This document shows, piece by piece, positions 1 through 8,985 of a stretch of DNA of 64,000 bases; within the stretch, counting starts at the first letter, position 1; every line of letters begins with the position of its first letter. This DNA comes from a bacterium (GTDB taxonomy: Bacteria; Patescibacteriota; Dojkabacteria; JAKAPS01; JAJZLI01). The translations under genes and the position numbers were made by a program. Below the pieces are notes generated by a model. The model did not search any database. It was not told the origin of the DNA and saw nothing but the letters and a program-made list of their open reading frames with translations. Where the stretch lies: positions 198,087 through 262,086 of the forward strand of contig JAKAWT010000001.1 in assembly GCA_021816845.1 (NCBI GenBank), in the 5' to 3' direction.

Positions 1-723
1 TCCCCCATTGGATTCCAAGGAAAGAAAGTTACCTTAAGTATATATTTTGTCTATACACCATTGGTTTTTGCAGGAGCTCTAGATGACATATTAAAACAAT
101 TAGATCTAACACCAATTATTACAGCTGTACAACCATTCGCCATAGCAAGATCAGTAAAAGGTAGTAGAGATTTAAATTTTGATGCTATCATAATCGATGT
201 TGGCGGAGGTACAACAGATATAGCATTAGTAACACAAGGGAGTTTTCAAGATACAAAGATGTTTGCAATGGGAGGAAGATCTTTTACAAAAAGAATTGCA
301 TCAGACCTACAAATATCTTATGAAGATGCAGAAAAAATTAAAATAGAATATGCAGAAATGGATATAGATAAATCGTTATCTCTAAAGGTAAGAGATGCTA
401 TAAAAAAAGATTTAGATTTGTGGATATCTGGCATTGAGATATCCTTGGAGGATATGGAAGATGTCAAAGTATATCCAGATCAGATATTACTTTGTGGAGG
501 AGGATCAAAACTTCAGGAAATAAGATCCAAACTTGTTGAGTACCCATGGTCAGTAATATTACCATTCCACAGAAATCCGAAGATAAACTTCTTATCTCCA
601 GAGAAAATTGATGGTATAGTAGATAAGACATTACAGTTAACAAGACCTGAAGATGTAACACCTGTAGCATTAGCAAGAATAGTACTAGATATTATGAAAG
701 ATGATGTAATAGTTGCAATATAA
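1..723 (+). CDS. FtsA/PilM-like actin-fold ATPase, C-terminal part; the ORF is open to the window edge, so the 5' end is truncated
   Basis: Frame 1 has no stop from nt 1. Motifs 'IIDVGGGTTDIALV' and 'ILLCGGGSKLQEI' match the phosphate-binding and adenosine motifs of FtsA/MreB/PilM actin-like ATPases. Confidence 0.6.
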   Translation, partial: SPIGFQGKKVTLSIYFVYTPLVFAGALDDILKQLDLTPIITAVQPFAIARSVKGSRDLNFDAIIIDVGGGTTDIALVTQGSFQDTKMFAMGGRSFTKRIASDLQISYEDAEKIKIEYAEMDIDKSLSLKVRDAIKKDLDLWISGIEISLEDMEDVKVYPDQILLCGGGSKLQEIRSKLVEYPWSVILPFHRNPKINFLSPEKIDGIVDKTLQLTRPEDVTPVALARIVLDIMKDDVIVAI

Positions 724-726
724 AAT

Positions 727-2556
727 ATGAAAGATACTAAAGTATTTGTCGATTTAGATGACGAAATAACATTTGTAGCAGAAAAAATACTTAAATCCCA
801 AACAAATAGGGTTATACTTGTAGTACCTGAAAGATCTGGGATAATATCATCTCAAATCGGACTTAAAATGTTAAAGAAAGTAGTTGACAAGAATGATAAA
901 GATATCATTCTTGTAACTATGGATGAAAAAGGTAGAAATATAGCTACAGCCTCAGGATTTATATCATTACAAAGGATAGGAGATGTCACAGAGGAAACAT
1001 GGAAAAATGCGATTGACCTTAAAAAACGTTTGAATGAAGCATCAAAGTTATCAAGAAAAGAACCTTATGGATCTGATATATATGCAGCTGTAGATAACCT
1101 AGAAATTAAAGAAAGTATACCTGAAACACATGCATTTGAAGAAAGTGAAGAAGAAAAAGAATCTTTAAAGGATGATAATATAGAAAAACTAACTCTTAAC
1201 AAAGATCCTAAAATATTCAATAATTCAAAAAAAGTTTCACTTGAAGGATTTGATCTACTTGTTGGAGGGGATATAGCATCAGATAGCAATAAAAATGAAC
1301 CAAATTTTGATTTTGTAGAAGATAAAAAAGATAATTTTAAAAGAACATTTACAAAAAAAGATAAAGTGGAAGAAAAGAAAAAAGTCATTCCCCCTAACCT
1401 ATTTAAGAGTCCTATTTTTACGAAAAATAAAAATTTTGCAAGAAATAATAAAATAATAGTAGGAGTAGTGATACTTATTCTATTAGTTATATTTATAATA
1501 TATTTTCTTTTTTTAACAAAAGCGAATATTACTATATTGATGAAAGGAAATAAGATATCAGGAACTACTACAATAATAGCAGATCCAAATATATCATCAA
1601 TTTCTCCTTCAGGTATGAAGATACCATCCAGTGTAATAACAGCTACAGAATCAGGTTCGCAATATGCAAATACAACAGGTACCAAAACAGTTTCCTCTGG
1701 ATCATATGCAACTGGTACAGTAACACTTGCAAATTATAATACCTCACAATCTGTTACAGTTCCTCAAGGAACTGTTTTAACAGCAACGGATGGATATACT
1801 TGTACTACTGATAGCTCAGTGTCTGTTCCTCAACAGTCTTCCCCAATATCAGCTCCAGGGACTGTAAATGTTAATGTAACAGCACAAACTAATACAGCTG
1901 AGGGTCAAGGCAAAACTTGGTCTGTTCAAGGGATATCAAATATTACTGGATATAATCAAAACGCTTTTTCTGCAGGTAACTATACCTCTAAGACAGAACA
2001 AGTAGTATCAGCTCAAGATCAAACTAATCTAGAGAATTCTCTATCTCAAAAACTTTTCCAGGAAGGTGATACAAAACTTACTTCAGAAGTAGGAAATGGG
2101 CTTGTATTTGTACCTTCATCAGTAAAAAATGTTGTCATAAACACAACATTTGATAATCAACCTGGGACTGTAGCTCAAGTCCTAAATCTGTCAGAACAAA
2201 CAAAAAGCGAAGGACAGGCTTACAGTAAAGCCAATATATCTAAAGTACTTGGAAGTGGTTTAACAACAAATCAAAATACTATAAAATCAATTAAGTATAC
2301 TATAAAATCAGTATCTGTAAACCCGAATGGAACAATACAAATAGATGTATCATATTCTGGAATAGAGTTTAAGAATTTGAATACAACAAATATAATATCA
2401 AAGATAAAAGGTAAATCTTTTAATTTTGCAAAGACAGAAATTCTAAAAAATAAGGGTGCAGAAAGTGTTAAAATTGTAGATAACCCATCTATATTCTCAA
2501 TATTTGGATTATTACCAGCACAACCAGAATCAATTAAAATAAATATAAAAAACTAA
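727..2556 (+). CDS. Bitopic membrane protein: about 240-aa cytoplasmic N-domain, one TM helix (IIVGVVILILLVIFIIYFLFL), about 340-aa Ser/Thr/Asn-rich extracytoplasmic domain; function unknown
   Basis: 609-aa ORF starting 4 nt after the FtsA-like stop. Hydrophobic segment near aa 245-268. No recognisable enzymatic motif. Confidence 0.5.
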   Translation: MKDTKVFVDLDDEITFVAEKILKSQTNRVILVVPERSGIISSQIGLKMLKKVVDKNDKDIILVTMDEKGRNIATASGFISLQRIGDVTEETWKNAIDLKKRLNEASKLSRKEPYGSDIYAAVDNLEIKESIPETHAFEESEEEKESLKDDNIEKLTLNKDPKIFNNSKKVSLEGFDLLVGGDIASDSNKNEPNFDFVEDKKDNFKRTFTKKDKVEEKKKVIPPNLFKSPIFTKNKNFARNNKIIVGVVILILLVIFIIYFLFLTKANITILMKGNKISGTTTIIADPNISSISPSGMKIPSSVITATESGSQYANTTGTKTVSSGSYATGTVTLANYNTSQSVTVPQGTVLTATDGYTCTTDSSVSVPQQSSPISAPGTVNVNVTAQTNTAEGQGKTWSVQGISNITGYNQNAFSAGNYTSKTEQVVSAQDQTNLENSLSQKLFQEGDTKLTSEVGNGLVFVPSSVKNVVINTTFDNQPGTVAQVLNLSEQTKSEGQAYSKANISKVLGSGLTTNQNTIKSIKYTIKSVSVNPNGTIQIDVSYSGIEFKNLNTTNIISKIKGKSFNFAKTEILKNKGAESVKIVDNPSIFSIFGLLPAQPESIKINIKN

Positions 2557-2573
2557 CTTTATAGAATCATAAA

Positions 2574-2594
2574 GGACATACATGATGTATGCCC
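2574..2594. terminator. Candidate bidirectional hairpin between convergent genes
   Basis: Imperfect inverted repeat GGaCATACAT-g-ATGTATGcCC followed by a T-rich stretch, between the + gene ending at 2556 and the - gene ending at 2617. Confidence 0.3.
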
Positions 2595-2616
2595 TTATAT
2601 GAATGAGAATATTAGA

Positions 2617-2889
2617 TTAATATCTATTATTTTCTCTTGGTTCTCTTGGTCTAGCCTCATTAACTACGATATTTCGACCGTCTAATGTACTATTGTTTAA
2701 CTCAGAAACTGCTCTTTGTGCATCTTCTTCTGTTTCCATTTCAACAAAACCAAAGCCTTTGCCTTGTCCTGTAACTTTATCCATTATTACTTTAGCTGAA
2801 ACAACTTTTCCAACTTTAGCAAAAACTTCTTCAAGCTCTGCATCTGTGATGCTGTATGGGAGCTTACCAACAAATAAATTCTTTGCCAT
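2617..2889 (-). CDS. RRM-type (RNP-1/RNP-2) RNA-binding protein, 90 aa
   Basis: RNP-2 'LFVGKLPY' and RNP-1 'KGFGFVEM' motifs. Length is typical of a single RRM. Confidence 0.85.
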   Translation of the reverse strand: MAKNLFVGKLPYSITDAELEEVFAKVGKVVSAKVIMDKVTGQGKGFGFVEMETEEDAQRAVSELNNSTLDGRNIVVNEARPREPRENNRY

Positions 2890-3221
2890 GATCTTTAAAA
2901 AAATAAAATAAAAATGACTAAATCAAAATCCATGTACATAAATAAAGGTTAGCAATTCCTTTATATTAGATCCTTTAAACCTATCGACCATAATAAATAT
3001 TATTATAATCAATTACATAATTAATACTAAATATGGATCACTAAGTCTTGAGGATTCTTGTATTTAAAAATACATATACATTAATTTTAAAAATTGCCTA
3101 ATAAACTTTCTCGCTAGAAATTGAATATTATGTTTTATTGTACAACAAATCTTCTATTATTGAAAGGGCCTGTCATATTATATATCATATATGCCATTTT
3201 TTAACATCTATTTCTTTTTCA

Positions 3222-5477
3222 CTATCTCTTTAATCCGAGTTTTTTAAACATATCTTTAGTATCATCTTGTTTTTTAGCTTCTACCCCTTTGGATATAGGT
3301 AATGTAAAAGAAAACGTAGATCCTTCACCTTCCTTTGAATCTACCCATACCCTACCTCCATGTTTTTCAATAATCCCTTTAACAACATATAACCCTAATC
3401 CTGTACCACCAGGTCTTACAAGTAGATATCTTGGATCATTAGGATCCCCAGTATAATTATTAAGCCTATGAAATTTTTGGAATAATTTTGGTACATCATC
3501 GACAGCAATACCTATCCCTTGATCTTTAATGTGAACCGTCAGTTCTTTATTGTTCTCTTCTATAGATATAACAATAGTTCCTTTCTCTGAATATTTTATT
3601 GCATTTGAAATAAGATTACCTAACACCTCCTCAATCCTTGTTTTATCAGCAAACACCTGGTGCTTTATACCTTTATCCTTATATTCTATCTTTAGACCCT
3701 TTGATTCTGCATCTCTACCAAATCCTATCAGCTGTGACTCTATCATTGAAGATATATCAATGTATTCTGGTAATATTGTTATATCTGTCTTACCTAATCT
3801 TGATGCTTCAAGGAGGGTATTAACTATTCTTATTTCATTCTCTATACTTTCCACTGTTCTAGAAGTATATCTATCCAGTCTTTCCATATCATCTCTATAT
3901 TCCCTACCCTTTAATTTTATCTTAAGTTCATCAACTAAAGCTTTAGCCATATATGCATTACCTTTAACAATAGTTGCTGGAGTTCTTAATTCGTGTGAAG
4001 CAATAGACAGTAAATCATCTTTAAGTTTATCTAAGCTGGCAAGATCCTCATTAGCTTTCTTAAGCTCGACATTCTTTTTATTTAGTTCTAATGTAGCTTC
4101 TTTTACTTTTCCCTCTAAATGATTATTAAAGTCCAATACTTCCTTATATAATCTTAAATTTGTTATAAAGATTGCAATTTGTACCTTTAGTTGGCGCAAT
4201 ATCTTTATATCGTTTGTATAATATGGATCACCCGATTTCTTCCTACCAAGGAGAATCAAACATAAAAGATTATTATCAGAAATTATTGGTAATATAATAT
4301 CTACATCTGACATGTTTAAACTTTCAAAATTTTCATCCTCAGATTCACTTAGTAAAAATATATCCTTTAAATTTGATAACTTGGAGAAATTCTCTCTAAT
4401 TAAATTATTGTCTATACCTAAAGAGTGGATATCTAATGAAGCATCTGATGCTACAATTACAAATGCTATTTTAGATATACCAAATATTTTTTCTATGGAT
4501 TTACTAAATATAGAGAAAAACTTATCTATATCTATATTAGTATTAATTGACTCAAGTAAATGATCTATCTCTTCTTTGGTATTACTGATTCTTTTAAATA
4601 TAACCTTATCCAGAACTTGCTGTGATAATTCATGAAAAAGAGGAAATAATATAACAATTAAAGTAGAAAATAATATTTCAATAAATAGTTCTATCAGAGT
4701 AAGTTGAAAATTTAAAACATAATCTATTAAAAGATCAAATAAAACAAGGAGTATAAAGCTTGAAAGGTATATTAGTATATTCCTTATAGCGATGGTCATA
4801 TTGAATAATCTTTGTCTTATAATTGCGTATGATATTAAGAAGAAGATAAATACTGGATATAAATTTTCCAATAAAAGATTAAATTCTGTATTATGGAAAA
4901 ATAAAGGTAAAGTAACATTAAATATCAATACACTAATAAAGAAGAATGAAAACCCAAAAAGTATATATTTTATCTGTGCTTTTTCTTGGCTAATACTTTG
5001 CTTATATTTTATATAAAAATTCCTTATTATAAGAGTTATGTTAAAAATATTAGCTATAAGAAAAAATGCAATACCTATATTAACTGTAGGAGTTATTGTT
5101 GGATGTAGATGTACCCCAGAAAATGTTAGAGGAGAAAAAATTAATAAACTAAAAAGTAATTCATATAACAAAAATAAGAGTACTATTTTTTCTTCCTTTT
5201 TCCAGATATTTTGGGTTAAGAAAGATCTAGAGAAAAAATAAATAGATATAATTAAAGAGAATCCTAAAAAAACAGTCAACCTGATAAATAATAACGTAAG
5301 TGATCTGGAGTTAGATGTAAATGAATAATAGTCTACTATATTAAGAGCAAAGAAAAAAATTGTAACTATTAAAAAGGATACATTTTTATACACTCTTTTT
5401 CCATTAAAGAATACAAAAAATCCAAAAATAAGGATAATAAATGCTGATATAAATGTCGATAATAATGAGAAATTCAT
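3222..5477 (-). CDS. Sensor histidine kinase with large polytopic N-terminal membrane domain (about 10 predicted TM helices), central coiled coil, HisKA and HATPase_c
   Basis: H-box 'SHELRTP', N-box 'LGNLISNAIKYS' and G-boxes 'DQGIGI' and 'GGTGLGLYVVKGIIEKHGG'. The first ~300 aa are hydrophobic. Start overlaps the upstream gene's stop by 4 nt. Confidence 0.85.
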   Translation of the reverse strand: MNFSLLSTFISAFIILIFGFFVFFNGKRVYKNVSFLIVTIFFFALNIVDYYSFTSNSRSLTLLFIRLTVFLGFSLIISIYFFSRSFLTQNIWKKEEKIVLLFLLYELLFSLLIFSPLTFSGVHLHPTITPTVNIGIAFFLIANIFNITLIIRNFYIKYKQSISQEKAQIKYILFGFSFFFISVLIFNVTLPLFFHNTEFNLLLENLYPVFIFFLISYAIIRQRLFNMTIAIRNILIYLSSFILLVLFDLLIDYVLNFQLTLIELFIEILFSTLIVILFPLFHELSQQVLDKVIFKRISNTKEEIDHLLESINTNIDIDKFFSIFSKSIEKIFGISKIAFVIVASDASLDIHSLGIDNNLIRENFSKLSNLKDIFLLSESEDENFESLNMSDVDIILPIISDNNLLCLILLGRKKSGDPYYTNDIKILRQLKVQIAIFITNLRLYKEVLDFNNHLEGKVKEATLELNKKNVELKKANEDLASLDKLKDDLLSIASHELRTPATIVKGNAYMAKALVDELKIKLKGREYRDDMERLDRYTSRTVESIENEIRIVNTLLEASRLGKTDITILPEYIDISSMIESQLIGFGRDAESKGLKIEYKDKGIKHQVFADKTRIEEVLGNLISNAIKYSEKGTIVISIEENNKELTVHIKDQGIGIAVDDVPKLFQKFHRLNNYTGDPNDPRYLLVRPGGTGLGLYVVKGIIEKHGGRVWVDSKEGEGSTFSFTLPISKGVEAKKQDDTKDMFKKLGLKR

Positions 5478-6973
5478 ACTTTTATTTTTTTAAATTTTAC
5501 TTTATTATCAGTTGCAAAAGAGTTATCTTTTGAGAATTCTTCATAAGAGATTATAGGTTCAACTTTTTTTCCAAAAGTGTTATGCAGTTTAGAATATTCA
5601 CTATTTATATTTTTTAGATTAGAAATTATATATTTTTTTATATAATTAGTATCTATAGTATTAATAGTATAACCTTTTTTTATCTCTAGATTAAGTAGGA
5701 ATTTTGGGTTTTGATTTTTATCAATATCAACTCTTGCCTGAAATTTACCAGTAATATAACTCAGAAGTTCAAAAGAATTTGTAATATCTTTTATATTATC
5801 TATATATATATTAACTGAATATATTGTAATAATAACATCAGATCTTCCACTTAAATAAAGGCAAGGAAGCTTAAGATCATTAGTTTTTATATTTATATTT
5901 ATTTTTTTTGCAATATCAGATAGGAGATATATACCTCCTTTATCTTTTGTATCATATCTTAGAAATGGCATCACATCAAATAATGTTAATACTATAGTAC
6001 CATCAATTGCTTCCATATATTTAGATAAAGGATTGTACTGAGCTAAAGTTGGATATAATTTAGTTTTAAATATTTTTTCTACTAGAGATCTGTCTCTAGA
6101 TTGTTTTATTTTATACACTATATCCTTAGTGATATTAGTATCAGTAGCTAACACTCCAGATTCAGAAGATGCGGCTAAATTGCAAATAAATCTATTATTC
6201 CCTACTTTACCCAATAGATTCAGAATATATTGTCTCCATCCTAGTGTAAAACCTTCTCCTCCTGCATATATATATATATCTTTTTTATCAATTTCAATAT
6301 GGGATAATACAGCTTCATCAAGAATATCTTTAATAAAGCTTGGATATCCAATAATAACCATTTGATCATATTCACTATTTATAAAATTATTTAAAATTTT
6401 TACACACTCCTCTATATTCAACCCTGGGGTAACTACAGAAAAACCAGTGTTTTTATATGAAATTAACAATGCTAAGGCAGTTATTTGACTAGACGCACTC
6501 CATATCCCTAATCCTACAGTAACCATAAATAATGTCCTTTTCCCTTGGATGTGGAAATTATATTCAAGTGAAAGTTCTAATGTTTCTGCCATATCAATAT
6601 CCTTGATTGCTGCCCTAGCTAAATATATAGGAACACCAGAAGACCCAGAAGAACTTGTAATAGATGATACCTCGGACATATCTGTTACAAGTTCTTCTAA
6701 TGGGTATTTTGTTATATAGTTATCTTTTGATGTTAAAGGTAGTTTTTTAAAATCTTCTATAGTATTTATATTATCAATATTAATATTATGTTTTTGTAAA
6801 AACTTTACATATGCTTTAACTTTAGGAGCATAAATCTTAAAATTATTAATTATATTATCTTCACTTTGCTTCACTATATCTTTTTCAGAAATATCTTGGA
6901 ATTTTTTTATTGTATCTCTAATATCAGTATTAAAATACTCATTTAGCTTATTACGGAAATCTTTATTATTCAT
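5474..6973 (-). CDS. Adenylate-forming enzyme, PaaK / coenzyme-F390-synthetase / CapK-like (ANL superfamily)
   Basis: 'IEDFKKLPLTSKDNYITKYP...ITSSSGSSGVPIY' aligns by eye with the PaaK N-terminus 'DFrrLPfTtKadLrdnYPf...ihaSSGTTGkPt' (P-loop of ANL enzymes). 499 aa. Translationally coupled (ATGA overlaps) to both flanking genes. Confidence 0.55.
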   Translation of the reverse strand: MNNKDFRNKLNEYFNTDIRDTIKKFQDISEKDIVKQSEDNIINNFKIYAPKVKAYVKFLQKHNINIDNINTIEDFKKLPLTSKDNYITKYPLEELVTDMSEVSSITSSSGSSGVPIYLARAAIKDIDMAETLELSLEYNFHIQGKRTLFMVTVGLGIWSASSQITALALLISYKNTGFSVVTPGLNIEECVKILNNFINSEYDQMVIIGYPSFIKDILDEAVLSHIEIDKKDIYIYAGGEGFTLGWRQYILNLLGKVGNNRFICNLAASSESGVLATDTNITKDIVYKIKQSRDRSLVEKIFKTKLYPTLAQYNPLSKYMEAIDGTIVLTLFDVMPFLRYDTKDKGGIYLLSDIAKKININIKTNDLKLPCLYLSGRSDVIITIYSVNIYIDNIKDITNSFELLSYITGKFQARVDIDKNQNPKFLLNLEIKKGYTINTIDTNYIKKYIISNLKNINSEYSKLHNTFGKKVEPIISYEEFSKDNSFATDNKVKFKKIKV

Positions 6974-8118
6974 TTTACTACCTCTTCTAAATTTAGAAAT
7001 ACTTTATTATTTATTTTATTACCCAGAACTATTTGCTTTATAGCATAAGTAACGAAAACCCCAGTCAATGATGATGCCAATTTTAACTGTGACATCCAAG
7101 AAATTTCTCCTTTGGACATAGATACTATATGTCCCATAAATCTCTCTGGATATTTTTCTAGATTCAATATTTTTGGGATTATTTGACCCATCTCGATTAA
7201 GGTCAATTTTTCACTATTTTCTATTCTATCAAGTTCACTAATAGGTAATACTCCAAAGAATATTGGATCTTCTGGAGTCTCTACATTAAGAAGTAACCCA
7301 TTGCCTATATCTGTACCCATAACAACTGTAACACCATATTTCTTAGCAAGCCTTCTTAATGTTATTTTTGAAGATATAGAGTCAAAAGCGTCAATAACAA
7401 AATCAAGTTTGAATTCAGATAATAAAAAATCTTCAAGATTATTTTTTGAGATAGGTTCTTCATAGAATTTAATATTGTAATAAGGATTTAATTTTAATAT
7501 TCTTCTTCCCACTAACTGTGTTTTAATAAGTCCTATTTCATCAATTCCTCCATCCAACCTATTAAGGTTGGATCCTGATAGAGTATCAAAATCTGCAAGT
7601 TTTAAATTTTTTGAAATACCTGCGCCAACGAGAGATAATGCACTTGACTGCCCCACACTAAGACCTATAATCCCAATATTCACTTTCCTTAGAATTTCAT
7701 GCTCTTCCTTTGTCACCATATTCCTATTCCTTGCTGTGATAAGTTTATAATGTAAATCATCTGATAAACATGCAACCAATTTTTTATCCCAAGGAAAATA
7801 AACCCAATTAAATTTATCATCCAAAGACTTCTTAAATTTTTTGAATTCCTCTATGTATAAATTAGAATTCTTTAAGATATGGGGATATTCTACTTCAAAT
7901 ATTTCTTCAGAAAGTAAATCTCTTTTATCATATATAGAGTTTATCTCCATTTTTCTTATTAAAGATTCTAAACTATGATTCTTACAAGGATAAAAGATTA
8001 AATTGGAGTTTTCACCCAAAAATTGGTTACCTTTATTTTTTAATAATCCAACACTGATCATTAAAAAAAGTATATTATAAAAAATGAAAAAAAGATACAA
8101 AGTGAATATTATTGACAC
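6970..8118 (-). CDS. ThiF/MoeB/E1-like adenylyltransferase with about 120-aa N-terminal extension
   Basis: 'GIIGLSVGQSSALSLVGAGISKNLKLADFDTLSGSNLNRL' matches the ThiF nucleotide-binding region (G-rich loop, 'LvDfD.ve.SNLnRQ'). Later 'FVIDAFDS' matches the 'DctDn' motif. The first 25 aa are hydrophobic, so the true start may be a later Met (MEINSIY). Confidence 0.7.
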   Translation of the reverse strand: MSIIFTLYLFFIFYNILFLMISVGLLKNKGNQFLGENSNLIFYPCKNHSLESLIRKMEINSIYDKRDLLSEEIFEVEYPHILKNSNLYIEEFKKFKKSLDDKFNWVYFPWDKKLVACLSDDLHYKLITARNRNMVTKEEHEILRKVNIGIIGLSVGQSSALSLVGAGISKNLKLADFDTLSGSNLNRLDGGIDEIGLIKTQLVGRRILKLNPYYNIKFYEEPISKNNLEDFLLSEFKLDFVIDAFDSISSKITLRRLAKKYGVTVVMGTDIGNGLLLNVETPEDPIFFGVLPISELDRIENSEKLTLIEMGQIIPKILNLEKYPERFMGHIVSMSKGEISWMSQLKLASSLTGVFVTYAIKQIVLGNKINNKVFLNLEEVVK

Positions 8119-8170
8119 TTATTAATACCTACTATAATAGTTAATTTAGGAATTAGAAAAAATAGAAATA

Positions 8171-8980
8171 TTAATTCGAGGATATTGTTATCTTGTTTAT
8201 ATATATATTAGATAAAGGTCTGTGATGAGCAGATTTATTTACAGGAATATCATTAATCTCCTTAACAACACTCATTCCTTTTATAACTTTTCCAAATGCG
8301 GTATAAAGCCCATTTAGCCTTCCTTCTTTAGCTACTGTTATAAAAAATTGACTCCCATTAGTGTTAGGCCCTGAATTTGCCATTGCCAAAGTACCTGCAT
8401 TAATAGGGATAGATTGTACACTATAATCATATGTATAACCCTGTTTTTTATAAGCATTAATCAATAATTGAGGAATTCCCAAACTTATTGGGTTTATTTG
8501 GTCATTGAATTTATAACCTGGTCCTCCATTACCTTGTCCAGTAGGTGAACCTGTCTGATCCATAAACCCTTTAATCACTCTCGTAAATATAACATTATTA
8601 TAAAATCCTGACTCAGATAAAAATACAAAATTATTAACTGCTAAAGGTGCGGCTTTAGGATATAATACTACCTTTATATTACCATACGAAGTTTGTATAT
8701 TTGCTGTATAATTTTTACTTTTATTAATACAAAATTTAGGATAACTACTATAACTTTTTACAGATGGTTGATAAACTATATTGCATGGATTTTGAGTAAA
8801 CAATTTTCCACTTTTTGAAAAATATGAAAATGTTATCAAAAACCCAACTACTATTATTAATAATATATATAATGCTAGCACTCTTTTGGATACATTCGAT
8901 TTTTCCATATACGCTAAAGGATACCATAAATTACCATGTTTCTCAATTCGATAAAATATGTTAATATTCTTTATATACAA
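8171..8980 (-). CDS. ppiB: Cyclophilin-type peptidyl-prolyl cis-trans isomerase, N-terminally membrane-anchored
   Basis: 'FTRVIKGFMDQTGSPTGQGNGGPGYKFNDQ' and 'GTLAMANSGPNTNGSQFFITVA' are cyclophilin signatures. TM segment 'ALYILLIIVVGFLITFSYF'. True start is possibly the Met at 8908 (MEKSNV...). Confidence 0.85.
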   Translation of the reverse strand: MYIKNINIFYRIEKHGNLWYPLAYMEKSNVSKRVLALYILLIIVVGFLITFSYFSKSGKLFTQNPCNIVYQPSVKSYSSYPKFCINKSKNYTANIQTSYGNIKVVLYPKAAPLAVNNFVFLSESGFYNNVIFTRVIKGFMDQTGSPTGQGNGGPGYKFNDQINPISLGIPQLLINAYKKQGYTYDYSVQSIPINAGTLAMANSGPNTNGSQFFITVAKEGRLNGLYTAFGKVIKGMSVVKEINDIPVNKSAHHRPLSNIYINKITISSN

Positions 8981-8985
8981 ACATT

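Noticed and set aside
1065-1685. 206-aa minus-strand ORF
   Set aside because: Antisense to the 609-aa membrane protein gene. No motif. Spurious.
3550-4122. 190-aa plus-strand ORF and several shorter ones (3638-3823, 4312-4563, 4792-5016, 5038-5241)
   Set aside because: All lie antisense within the histidine kinase gene. The AT-rich genome gives long stop-free reverse frames.
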